Part shown: piece after piece, positions 28,578-37,956 of the stretch
Layout of the letters: every line of letters starts with the position of its first letter
Position numbering within the stretch: position 1 is the first letter of the stretch
Assembly (NCBI GenBank): GCA_963665095.1
Contig: OY762069.1
Span: forward strand, 4,288,001-4,352,000
Length of the DNA: 64,000 nt
Direction of reading: 5' to 3'
DNA from: an uncultured Desulfobacter sp.
GTDB taxonomy: Bacteria > Desulfobacterota > Desulfobacteria > Desulfobacterales > Desulfobacteraceae
Notes under the pieces: model-generated
The model's input: the letters and a program-made list of their open reading frames with translations, nothing else
Database searches by the model: none
Told to the model about the DNA's origin: nothing
Position numbers and translations under genes: made by a program

Positions 28578-29945
28578 CTATCGTTCAAAAGCCCCAATAG
28601 TAGAAGGCTTTTTTCTAAGACTACCGCTTTTATCCTTCACGACCATGCCGGTGGGTTCATACCATGTATCGACAAACCCCGGAGTCTGAATTGCAGGGCA
28701 GCTTTCAACGGGTTTTAAATTTTTATCAACTTCCGTACGGTCTATGATCATGTTATTGGCAGCACCAAGCTTTTCAGACTGTGAAATTTCCGGCAGTTTT
28801 AAAGACCCGATCCAAAGGTTATTCATATTCAGCCAGCCGGAGTGATCCCACTTAAAGTAAGATTTGCTCCATATTTTTCTGTCAGGAGCCCAGTTAATGT
28901 CTTTTTTGTTCCCAACCATTGTACAAAAAGCCATTCTGAAATTTCGCAGTTTATCCTCTATGCGAAGCCCTGTATTGTTATCTCTTATAATGCTGTTAAT
29001 AATAATGGGATTCATCTGCATGCCTTTGGAAAAACCCCGCAATCTTACTCCAATATCAGAATCATACACCTCGCAGGAGTCAACTACTGCCTCAACACCT
29101 TCTTTTAAGTTTAGTGCCGCAGTATTGTTGATCAGCTTTGTCCGGAATCCATGAATTCGGCAGTTTACCAAAGCAATGGTTCCCCTGCTTTTCGAGACGT
29201 GTTTTGTATCAATGGCATTTTCTGAGACATAGATGCCCTTTTTATATCCCCCCATATCTTCCTCTAAAGGAGAATCCCATAAATGGGAATTAATAACCCG
29301 AAAGTTGTTCCAGCGTCCGCGGTCCACCTGGATAGCATCACCAGAGCACTGCCTTATGTCAACACGGTCAATCACTATATCTTTACCATGCTTGGTTACA
29401 ATCCCATGGGCATCAATACGCTCTCCTTCTTTATTTTGTCTTAGGATCTTGTGAATCACTGTATTTCTGACAATTGTACGGGCGCCATCTATATCAACCG
29501 CATGCTTTGTTAATCTGGTGAATTCGCAATTTTCTATTAAGAGATCATTGGCGCCCTCTTCTGGATGATCATCATCAATAGACCCTCTTAACCCCCTGAT
29601 ATTCTCCACAAACTGGCCGTCAAAAATAATACCTTTAATACTGACACCTGCTTCACGAATATGAATCATGGGGCTGCCTGATTTAATTTTCTTGGAAGCC
29701 ACAATTCTGACTTTTCCCGAATTTTTTGCATGAATGGAAACGCCGGCACTTTCAACGTAGATAGTTCTGGAAAGAATGTAGACCCCATCATTAATTATAA
29801 TCTCAGTGCCTTTCCATGCTTTTTTGCATTTAGCCGCCAGGTCATCGCCAGGATTCACCTCAATCTTTTTTGTGAAAAATGAAAAGCCTGAAAATAAAAT
29901 AAAAGAGACAAGACAGATCGTTATAATTGTTGTTTTTTTTACCAT
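28578..29945 (-). CDS. Secreted right-handed beta-helix (pectin-lyase-like) protein
   Basis: Hydrophobic N-terminus; repeated beta-helix rungs (LLIENCEF, IVIDRVDI, DAHGI, SGDAIQ, ENAIDTK). Confidence 0.7.
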   Translation of the reverse strand: MVKKTTIITICLVSFILFSGFSFFTKKIEVNPGDDLAAKCKKAWKGTEIIINDGVYILSRTIYVESAGVSIHAKNSGKVRIVASKKIKSGSPMIHIREAGVSIKGIIFDGQFVENIRGLRGSIDDDHPEEGANDLLIENCEFTRLTKHAVDIDGARTIVRNTVIHKILRQNKEGERIDAHGIVTKHGKDIVIDRVDIRQCSGDAIQVDRGRWNNFRVINSHLWDSPLEEDMGGYKKGIYVSENAIDTKHVSKSRGTIALVNCRIHGFRTKLINNTAALNLKEGVEAVVDSCEVYDSDIGVRLRGFSKGMQMNPIIINSIIRDNNTGLRIEDKLRNFRMAFCTMVGNKKDINWAPDRKIWSKSYFKWDHSGWLNMNNLWIGSLKLPEISQSEKLGAANNMIIDRTEVDKNLKPVESCPAIQTPGFVDTWYEPTGMVVKDKSGSLRKKPSTIGAFER

Positions 29946-29965
29946 TCCTCCCCCCCCTGATTTTA

Positions 29966-32086
29966 TTATTGTTTCCCTACTTTAACCTTCAGGCTATCGT
30001 CCTGAAAAATGGCAAAGGTTGTGTTATTGATATGCACAGAACCTGATTTTTCCAGAATATCCCAGATGACATTCGGGGGGGGGCTGTCAGTAAATGGTAT
30101 CATGATGAATGCAAGTGCGCTTTGCACAGCAACAGTTTCCCACCCAACTTTCAATGACGATGCCTTTGTCCGATATCCATACCCCTTGCAGACCCAGCCT
30201 GCCGGGATTGAATCGCTGCAGAAAACCTGATCAATTCTTACAGGAGTTAAAAACTTGATCAATAAAGAGATGTTTCCATTTTTAGCCAGGAGCTCGCATT
30301 TGTCGTCATTTTTGTCAAGTTCAACATCAGGATGAAAGTTAAAGTAATTTGTAATGCTGCATTTTTCAGGAGAATTAACGATATCATTTATAATCCAGAA
30401 TTGCTTCTTTTGATAAAAGACCTCTCTTACCGAACTTGTGACCGATGAAAATTCAATTTTCCCGGAACATGAGGTAAAAGAAGGCTCATCCTGCCAGGAG
30501 ACGAGTTTAGGAGAGACCACTTTCTGCCACTTCAGACAGTCAACGTATTCCGCCTGCCTCAATCCATGAATAACAAAGGTATTATGCGCTTCTTCCTTTC
30601 TAAAATATTCGTGCCATTTACGGTCTCCAAAATATGTATAAAATCCGCCATCCACCAGAAAAGGCTTTCCATACACACAAAGATCAACGGCAAGGGCATC
30701 TGCATGCCCATGGGCTGCAGAGGGTATTGATTTATGACTTAGCCCGTGGGCAATCATACCGAAATCAAAGCACAAAAAGTTAGAAGACCTTTCCCAGGAA
30801 TCTTTGATGATCCCGTACCCGCTTTCCCTGAAAACCTTATTAACCGCGGGAAGGTCTCTTTCCTCCATTGATAAGTAGTCATTAATATCCTCGTCCCCCA
30901 AAAGCCATAAAAGCTCCTCTGCAATTCCGGTGCGCGGCTGCTTAAAGTCCCGACTGTTAAACAGCACTACAGCAATATCCTGGTAAAAAGTGAAATCCCA
31001 GGAATGTCTGGTGTTAAAATATATTGAGCGGGCATTATCGATATCCCCTTTCATGGGCAGGGTTTTATCCGGCATGTGAAGATATCTTGATATGTCAATC
31101 GCGGCCTGGATTCTTTCCATTACATGATCTGACACACTCTGATTGTTCAGGCGTTTCAACAGTATACAGGATATATAGAAACCCAACGTAAAATGATGAT
31201 AAAAGCTGGCCTGCTCAACAGTCATGCCGTCGCTGCAGAATTGCCGGTCAATTGTCTCCTCCAGAATAGACCAGCCTGTTTTTTTCCATTTTTGGGCCTC
31301 CTTCAGTTCAGGAAACTGTGATCCCACTAGAAAAAGAGCGGCGGCCTCTCCGATCAAATGGTTGTATGGGCTTGAATAATGGGATAAATGGCTGGACGTA
31401 TAATAAGCCTGTTCAAACACAGACTGCCTGATTTTAAGTATGTTTTTCTTATATCCGGAAGCGTTGCGGCACAGATTTAAGGACCATGTCCAGCTGAAAA
31501 GCCTTACAGCATGCTCAAGGGAACTGGTCCAGTTCACCCCTTTGTTGTAGGGATTGGCATCTATCCAGTCGCAGAGAACGGAAAAAACCTTTTCGGCATA
31601 AACCTCATTGCCCGTAAGAAAGTAAGCCTTGGCCAGAGGGATAAGATACTGGTGGCGGTTCACCTCCCATACAAACTTGACATCCCGGTTTTTCATTGAT
31701 GTATGGGAAAGGACATCTGCGTAAAACACTCCAGGCCATGAATCACCGCTTTCAGGATCAAGGTGCCACCCTTCTCCTTTAGGAAAGAAGACCTTCATCC
31801 CTAAAAGAGTGAGGTCTCCTTTCAGCACCTGGTCGGCTTCCTTAATAATATTGTCTTTAAAACCATATTGATGCAACAGGCTGATGCGCTTATCATAGTC
31901 GCAATCTGACAAAAAAAAGCGATCTGCATTGGCTAAATGGCTAAAGGCAGTATCGAGGAGAGGCTTTTTAGCACGAGAGAAATCGTATCGTTCCTTGACT
32001 TGAAAGGCTTTTTCTTTCAGCCGAAAAACAATTTCTCTAAAGGAAAGGGAAAACAGTTTATTTATTTTTAAAATCAGAGGATTCAT
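29966..32086 (-). CDS. Heparinase II/III-like protein
   Basis: DVKFVWEVNRHQYL, WIDANP...NWTSSLE, NHLIGE, EQASFYHHF, AAHGHADAL, AHNT. Confidence 0.9.
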   Translation of the reverse strand: MNPLILKINKLFSLSFREIVFRLKEKAFQVKERYDFSRAKKPLLDTAFSHLANADRFFLSDCDYDKRISLLHQYGFKDNIIKEADQVLKGDLTLLGMKVFFPKGEGWHLDPESGDSWPGVFYADVLSHTSMKNRDVKFVWEVNRHQYLIPLAKAYFLTGNEVYAEKVFSVLCDWIDANPYNKGVNWTSSLEHAVRLFSWTWSLNLCRNASGYKKNILKIRQSVFEQAYYTSSHLSHYSSPYNHLIGEAAALFLVGSQFPELKEAQKWKKTGWSILEETIDRQFCSDGMTVEQASFYHHFTLGFYISCILLKRLNNQSVSDHVMERIQAAIDISRYLHMPDKTLPMKGDIDNARSIYFNTRHSWDFTFYQDIAVVLFNSRDFKQPRTGIAEELLWLLGDEDINDYLSMEERDLPAVNKVFRESGYGIIKDSWERSSNFLCFDFGMIAHGLSHKSIPSAAHGHADALAVDLCVYGKPFLVDGGFYTYFGDRKWHEYFRKEEAHNTFVIHGLRQAEYVDCLKWQKVVSPKLVSWQDEPSFTSCSGKIEFSSVTSSVREVFYQKKQFWIINDIVNSPEKCSITNYFNFHPDVELDKNDDKCELLAKNGNISLLIKFLTPVRIDQVFCSDSIPAGWVCKGYGYRTKASSLKVGWETVAVQSALAFIMIPFTDSPPPNVIWDILEKSGSVHINNTTFAIFQDDSLKVKVGKQ

Positions 32087-32103
32087 GACGCTTTGTTCAA
32101 ACC

Positions 32104-33066
32104 CTAATTAAACAGGCTTTTAATCCTTAGATTCAGCTTGTAAAAATTATCCCCCCAATACTTGGGTATCATCATCTGCCTTAACTGGTTGTCCAGATAC
32201 CACTTCATTTTTTCCATTGAGTCAAACTGCCTTGGTTCATCAACAATGGTCTCATAACCATGGCCCTGAAGGATGTCTGCTGCGACGTTCTCATACAGCA
32301 ACCGCTCCTTTTTGGATAACTGGGTTTTCCATTTGTTGAAATTAGTGGATTTCAGATCAGACCCGATATTGTCAGAAATGTGGTTGATTAATTCACCATT
32401 GGCATCATCAATTCTTAGATATCTAATCAGGTCAGAAAAAATTTTAACCGGATCTGTTAAGAAGTCTTCATACCGGAATTCGAGAAACTGGGTTGAATCA
32501 AAATCCTTTGCAAATTTATTTACATTCATCACGCTCTCTTTCCATTGACTGGCGGCCATGTACATATTCTGCACACCCATGAGCCCATGCTTGAATGAAG
32601 AAGAGGCCACATCCCTGCCGTCCCTGACGATATGGATGTATTGTGCGTCCGGATACAATTCCTTGAGCACATGCAGGTTATGGACGTATTCAGGGGTTTT
32701 ATCTCCCCATCGTTCCATCTTCTGATGTCTTGCAAGCTGGAGAAATGCGGCATCAAGCACCCCTCTGTAGGTCCGCTCTTTGACATCATTATAAAACTGC
32801 TGGGGATCCAGTTTAAAATTATTGAACTTTTGAGACCTTCGAAAGAAACGTTCTTCAGAAATATTATCCACCAGGCGCTTTAGATTTTCATCCTTTTTCA
32901 GATCTCCATATTTCCCAAGCTGTCTGTAGTAGCGCACAATAAACTGGCTCTCCGTACCAAAGCTTATCTGGAAGTATTTCCGCATTAAAATGCAAAGAAT
33001 GCTTGTGCCGGACCGACCATGACCGATGACATGAACTGGCAACAGTTCTCTGTGTTTTACTTTCAT
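32104..33066 (-). CDS. Sulfotransferase
   Basis: PAPS-binding loop GHGRSGTS, WGDKTP, IHIVRDGRDVASS, RYEDF. Confidence 0.9.
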   Translation of the reverse strand: MKVKHRELLPVHVIGHGRSGTSILCILMRKYFQISFGTESQFIVRYYRQLGKYGDLKKDENLKRLVDNISEERFFRRSQKFNNFKLDPQQFYNDVKERTYRGVLDAAFLQLARHQKMERWGDKTPEYVHNLHVLKELYPDAQYIHIVRDGRDVASSSFKHGLMGVQNMYMAASQWKESVMNVNKFAKDFDSTQFLEFRYEDFLTDPVKIFSDLIRYLRIDDANGELINHISDNIGSDLKSTNFNKWKTQLSKKERLLYENVAADILQGHGYETIVDEPRQFDSMEKMKWYLDNQLRQMMIPKYWGDNFYKLNLRIKSLFN

Positions 33067-33145
33067 TTATTGGCCTCTTTATTTAAGTATACCTAAATAG
33101 TTACTATGGAAAAAACCGATTTTTATTGCCTGAATTCTACCGGAA

Positions 33146-35323
33146 CTAAATAAACTCGGATAGATTCAGCGGCAAGGTTGCCCCTTCTTTCATACTTTCC
33201 CAAATTTTCAGGCAGCCAACAGTCCCCCTGATGCCGTCAATGTAGGAAATATCTGATGGCGTTTTACCAAGAAGCGCGTCTGTAAAGTGGTTCAATTCTG
33301 TTACATGCCCTTTATCTCCTTTGCGGTTGACGGTATCAAGCCGCCGTTTCCCGCGAATGGTCAGTTTGACATAATCATCCAGGGAAATGGAGGTGCCGTC
33401 TGCAAATATTTCCAGCCGCTCTTTTGAAAAGGAGGACGAACCAATTGCCGTATAGACCACTGTTCCCACAGATCCGTCCATGAAATCAAAGGTGGCCTGG
33501 ATATTTTCAAGCTCAGACAAAGACTGACTCTCCCCGATTGCATGGGTTTTTACCCGGACAGGTTCTGCCCCGATCAAATGGGTCATCAAATCAATAAAGT
33601 GGCATACTTCACCCACCACCCTGCCGGCAGCAAATTTAGAATCATACACCCAGTTGTCCCTTGGCATAGGCCCTGCATTGACCCGGTATATGATCATTTT
33701 GGGCCCTATACAGGCCCCTAGGACCTCCTTGACCGGTTTCATCAAAGGGGCATACCGGCGGTTATATCCCACCATGCAGATCCGGCTTGCATCTTTGGCA
33801 GCTTCTTTTATCAAGTCACACTCTTCATAACTTGTTGCCAGCGGTTTTTCGCAAAATACATGTTTCCCGCTTTTCAGTGCTGAGGCAGTCAGGCTTGCAT
33901 GGGAATTATCCCTTGTAAAAATATATACAGCATCAATATCCTGATCATTGAGAACACTTGCTACATCGGTTGTGGAGTTTGATGCGCCATATCGTTCGGC
34001 CATCTCTTTTGCACTCTGTCCGCTGGATGCAGCCAGGGTTTTAAAAACAAGCGCCTTGTTTGATCTGATATAGGGCAGGTGAAACTGCCGGGCAAAAGCG
34101 CCGCAGCCCACAACCGCGATATTTGCCGTACTCTTTTTCCCTGCCACTTCGATCCTGGGTACTTTAAGGAGCACCTCCCTGTTAAGCAGTTCTTCTTTAT
34201 GCTCATGTTCGTAGCGCAGAACAATGGCCAGGCACTCGTTTGGTTTTTCCATTAAAACCTTGTAGGCCTCCGCAGCATCAGACAATTTAAATTCATGGGT
34301 TATGAGCGCTTCAACATCCACTTTTTTGGTCTGGATCAGCCTTAAAAACTCCTCCATGTTCTTTTTTTCCGTCCAGCGGACATAACCGATGGGATAATCA
34401 ACCCCATGTTCTTCATACTGGGCGTCATACCGCCCGGGTCCATATGAGCGGGAACTGACAAGGTCCAGCTCTTTGGCATAGAACGCTTCAAAGGGCATGT
34501 TGAAGTCAATCATTCCAACCACAGTGATCCTTGCCCGATCCCTTGCCATTGCAATTGCCTGTTCAATAACCAAAGAACCTGAACCGCCGGCACAAACCAG
34601 AACGTGATCAACACCAATGCCTTTTGTATATCTGACAATGTTCTCAGACAACTTGTCATCTGCCATATACGCTTTTTCCATGCCAAGGGACTCTGCAAGC
34701 TCCAGGCGTTGTTTGATAATATCAGAACCAACTACCCTTGCACCTGCAGCCTGGAGCATCTGACTGACCAGTTGGCCCACCAGTCCAAGCCCTATAACGG
34801 CTGTAATTTCTCCCACCCTGACATCTGCACGGCGGACCGCCTGCAATGCAATACTTCCCACGGCCACAAAAGAGGCCGCTTTTGCACTCACCCCTTCAGG
34901 AACTTTTACGCACAAATTTTTTGAGGATCGGATATATTCTGCGTGACCCTGACCACCGTAGGCCACCGGATCTCCGGCTGCAACTGCGTTGATTTCCTCC
35001 CCAACATCGACCGCTACGCCGGCTCCGGAATAGCCCATGGGCGTCCATTTAGTGGTTTCATAATTCACCCTGTCCGCAGTTTTCACAATGCCATCTTTTA
35101 AGATCATGTCTTTTAAACTGTCCCGCAGTTCAGGGTCAGACAGCACTTTAACCACCATATCTTTCATATTTCTTTTAACAGATGAAGTTTCTGTACCGGC
35201 ACTGATCAATGAATATGAGTTGCTCAGTAAAACGCTTCCTTTTCCGCATTTTGGGACAGGAACTTCCTCAATAACCAAATCCGCACTGGTTAAGGGATTT
35301 TTCTTCATGAATAGCTGTTTCAT
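33146..35323 (-). CDS. Bi-domain oxidoreductase (MDR/Zn-ADH-like + Gfo/Idh/MocA)
   Basis: SLISAGTE, GLGLVGQL, SRSYGPGRYD...YPIGYVRWTE; second domain VGCGAFA, VFCEKP, GYNRR, GEVCHFID. Confidence 0.93.
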   Translation of the reverse strand: MKQLFMKKNPLTSADLVIEEVPVPKCGKGSVLLSNSYSLISAGTETSSVKRNMKDMVVKVLSDPELRDSLKDMILKDGIVKTADRVNYETTKWTPMGYSGAGVAVDVGEEINAVAAGDPVAYGGQGHAEYIRSSKNLCVKVPEGVSAKAASFVAVGSIALQAVRRADVRVGEITAVIGLGLVGQLVSQMLQAAGARVVGSDIIKQRLELAESLGMEKAYMADDKLSENIVRYTKGIGVDHVLVCAGGSGSLVIEQAIAMARDRARITVVGMIDFNMPFEAFYAKELDLVSSRSYGPGRYDAQYEEHGVDYPIGYVRWTEKKNMEEFLRLIQTKKVDVEALITHEFKLSDAAEAYKVLMEKPNECLAIVLRYEHEHKEELLNREVLLKVPRIEVAGKKSTANIAVVGCGAFARQFHLPYIRSNKALVFKTLAASSGQSAKEMAERYGASNSTTDVASVLNDQDIDAVYIFTRDNSHASLTASALKSGKHVFCEKPLATSYEECDLIKEAAKDASRICMVGYNRRYAPLMKPVKEVLGACIGPKMIIYRVNAGPMPRDNWVYDSKFAAGRVVGEVCHFIDLMTHLIGAEPVRVKTHAIGESQSLSELENIQATFDFMDGSVGTVVYTAIGSSSFSKERLEIFADGTSISLDDYVKLTIRGKRRLDTVNRKGDKGHVTELNHFTDALLGKTPSDISYIDGIRGTVGCLKIWESMKEGATLPLNLSEFI

Positions 35324-35342
35324 CGCAATTTGCCCTGTGTTT

Positions 35343-36560
35343 CTAGTATTTATTGAAATTGTTGAGCACCTGGTTAAAAACCTTATTTACCTTTCCTGCA
35401 ACGTTCTGCCAGGAATTATCTAATGCAAATCTTCTTATCCTGCTTTTGTCCCAATCAGTTGAAAGGGCCTTTATAATCCCTTTGGCAGCGTCATCTGCGG
35501 TACGTTCTTTTAATAAAACGCCCAGATCCGGATTATCGAGAATCTGGGGGATACCGCCCACAGGGGTCGCCACTGAAGGAAGACCGCAGGAAAGTGCCTC
35601 CATCAATACGTTGGGGCTGCCTTCTCTGGAAGTCATCAATGCGAAAATATCCCCTGCGCTGTACCACCGTAACAACCGCTCCGGCGGGCAGGCCCCGGCC
35701 AGTAGAACATTATCCCGAAGGCCGTATCTGTCGATGCGTTCCTTTATCACAGAGGTATAGTCCTGTCCCCAGCGTGCAACCCCACCCACAAAGACCAGAT
35801 AAACATCTGGAAAATGCTTTTTAACCTCAGGCAACGCATCAACCAGAAGGTGAAACCCTTTTCTTTCAAGTCGATACCCTACTGACACAATTATTTTCTT
35901 ACTCAAAGGAAGATTGAGCTCTTTCCTGGCTGCCTCCTGATCCAAAGGCTTAAACTTGGAGCTGTCCACACCATTTGGAATAATCGTAATTTTCTTTTCG
36001 GATGCGCCATGTTTTATCATAGCCTCAGCAATCTCCCCGCTAAGGGCAACAAGGGCATCAGCCTCTTTCAGCGCCCAACGAATCTGATTTCCCACCACTG
36101 GTAAATCTGGAAAACTTAAAATATCCTCCCCCCTGCCGGTGATAACCAAAGGGCGGTTTAACCGTCTTTTGGCAAAAGCGGCAGCCACACCATCTGGATA
36201 AACAAAATGGGCGTCGATCAAATCAAAATCCATAGAGACCTTCACTTTGAATATCGCTCTTTTGGAAAAAAGGGCCATGGAATAGGCATGCATAACAGAG
36301 CCAATTTTGGGCAATAGCAGGTATTTGGGGCGAAGGACATCCAGCCCGTCAATTGTTTCATAATTTGGTATCTGTGAAAAAGAGTACCATCTCTGAAAGG
36401 ACTTGATGGGGGGAAAATAGGGAACCGGGGAGATCACCTTGACCTGACAGTCCTCTCTTAAGGAGACATGCTTTACCCTTTCTTTAACAAAAACCCCGTG
36501 AATGGGGTGAATTGAAGAGGGAAAGGTGGAGCCGAATGCTAAAATTTTTTTCATTTCCAA
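35343..36560 (-). CDS. Glycosyltransferase family 4
   Basis: DAHFVYPDG, IPNGVD, RKGFHLL, REGSPNVLMEALSCG. Confidence 0.93.
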   Translation of the reverse strand: MEMKKILAFGSTFPSSIHPIHGVFVKERVKHVSLREDCQVKVISPVPYFPPIKSFQRWYSFSQIPNYETIDGLDVLRPKYLLLPKIGSVMHAYSMALFSKRAIFKVKVSMDFDLIDAHFVYPDGVAAAFAKRRLNRPLVITGRGEDILSFPDLPVVGNQIRWALKEADALVALSGEIAEAMIKHGASEKKITIIPNGVDSSKFKPLDQEAARKELNLPLSKKIIVSVGYRLERKGFHLLVDALPEVKKHFPDVYLVFVGGVARWGQDYTSVIKERIDRYGLRDNVLLAGACPPERLLRWYSAGDIFALMTSREGSPNVLMEALSCGLPSVATPVGGIPQILDNPDLGVLLKERTADDAAKGIIKALSTDWDKSRIRRFALDNSWQNVAGKVNKVFNQVLNNFNKY

Positions 36561-36570
36561 AGTAGGATTT

Positions 36571-37914
36571 TTATGTTTGTTTTAAGATATTTTCAGGATT
36601 GTCTGTTTTCTGTTCCAGATTGAACTGACCTTCCTGGACAAGCTTTGTATATGAATACATCAGGGCCAGCATCCAGATGGCCCATTCATCATCCAAAGTA
36701 TTGCTGAAAATTCCATCAATTAAAAAACCGACAAAGCCTGCCATCATGGCCTTGCCGAAAAAGGATTCCTGGTACAGGCCTTTCCTATTTAAAATATATT
36801 TACTCGACGACCGGCAGGAAAAAAAGATAATCAGGCAAAGCGAATAAAAAAGAAAACTCCCCTGGACGCCCCAATTGATGGCATAGGCCAGATGGCCATT
36901 ATGAACAGCTTTGTATTTCCCAAAATAGGCAAGGGAGTGCAACCCTTTAAAGCCATCCCCTCCGCTGCCTAAAGGATGATCCACCAAGACTTTCATACCA
37001 GCCTGCCAAAGGTCAAGCCGGCCTGCGGCAGACTGGTCACGGTCTTCTTCGGCAGCAAAGGTTGTCATAAATCGGTCGATAATTCTTACATCGCCAAGCA
37101 AAGCAAATGCGGCTGAAATTGAAAGTACAATGGCGACCAAAAGTATTTTCCACTCTTTTTTTCTTGCCGAAGCGGCAAGATATAATCCCGCACCAATAAT
37201 CCCAAGAAAGGCACTTCGGCTGCCGCATAAAAACAGTAGGTTGGCTATAAAAGGATAGAAAAACAGGCAGATAAGCTTATACAATGTATTTTTAGTGAAA
37301 AAAAAGAAGGCGCCTAAACAGGGCATCAAACATACAAGCATACTGGCCAGGAAATTTGATGTTTCCGCAGAGGGTAAAGGTATACGCTCCAACCGACCCT
37401 GTACCAGCGCCCCAACCCCATTCATCTGGACCTGATACCCCAGATAACCTAATCCGACGATAAAACATAAAAGCACTAGCATAAAATCATCTACAGATTT
37501 GATTGCTGCACGCATCAGTATAAACAGCAGGATGAATTTAACCCCTAAGCCAAACAGGGTAATACTGACATCCGAGCCGCCGGCCAGAACAATATGAACA
37601 AATATGTAATTGATGACAATTGCACCCAATAAAAAATTGATAAGATTTTCTTTTAGGAACAACACTTCAATGGGGCCAGTGTTTATCCGGGGTCTTCCAT
37701 AGCGATTGATCAAATACACAACTATACAGACCAATCCCACAAGAAGACTCCACCGGACCCCACGGATTCTCAAAGAATATCCCCACCACCAATAATAGGG
37801 GAAGAAAAAATAAATCATCATGTATAGTGCAATTGACCAGACTGGCTTGCGCATAAATGACAGGCAGGTCAGAGTCAGGAACCCGATGACCCAGAGCAGT
37901 GAAGAAACAGACAT
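36571..37914 (-). CDS. O-antigen ligase/Wzy-like multi-TM protein (exosortase-system type)
   Basis: Many TM segments; GSRSAFLG, SAAGRLDLW, HPLGSGG, AVHNGHL motifs. Confidence 0.82.
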   Translation of the reverse strand: MSVSSLLWVIGFLTLTCLSFMRKPVWSIALYMMIYFFFPYYWWWGYSLRIRGVRWSLLVGLVCIVVYLINRYGRPRINTGPIEVLFLKENLINFLLGAIVINYIFVHIVLAGGSDVSITLFGLGVKFILLFILMRAAIKSVDDFMLVLLCFIVGLGYLGYQVQMNGVGALVQGRLERIPLPSAETSNFLASMLVCLMPCLGAFFFFTKNTLYKLICLFFYPFIANLLFLCGSRSAFLGIIGAGLYLAASARKKEWKILLVAIVLSISAAFALLGDVRIIDRFMTTFAAEEDRDQSAAGRLDLWQAGMKVLVDHPLGSGGDGFKGLHSLAYFGKYKAVHNGHLAYAINWGVQGSFLFYSLCLIIFFSCRSSSKYILNRKGLYQESFFGKAMMAGFVGFLIDGIFSNTLDDEWAIWMLALMYSYTKLVQEGQFNLEQKTDNPENILKQT

Positions 37915-37956
37915 GTGTAATAATGAGGCTTGTTTTTATTTAATATTTATGAAAAC

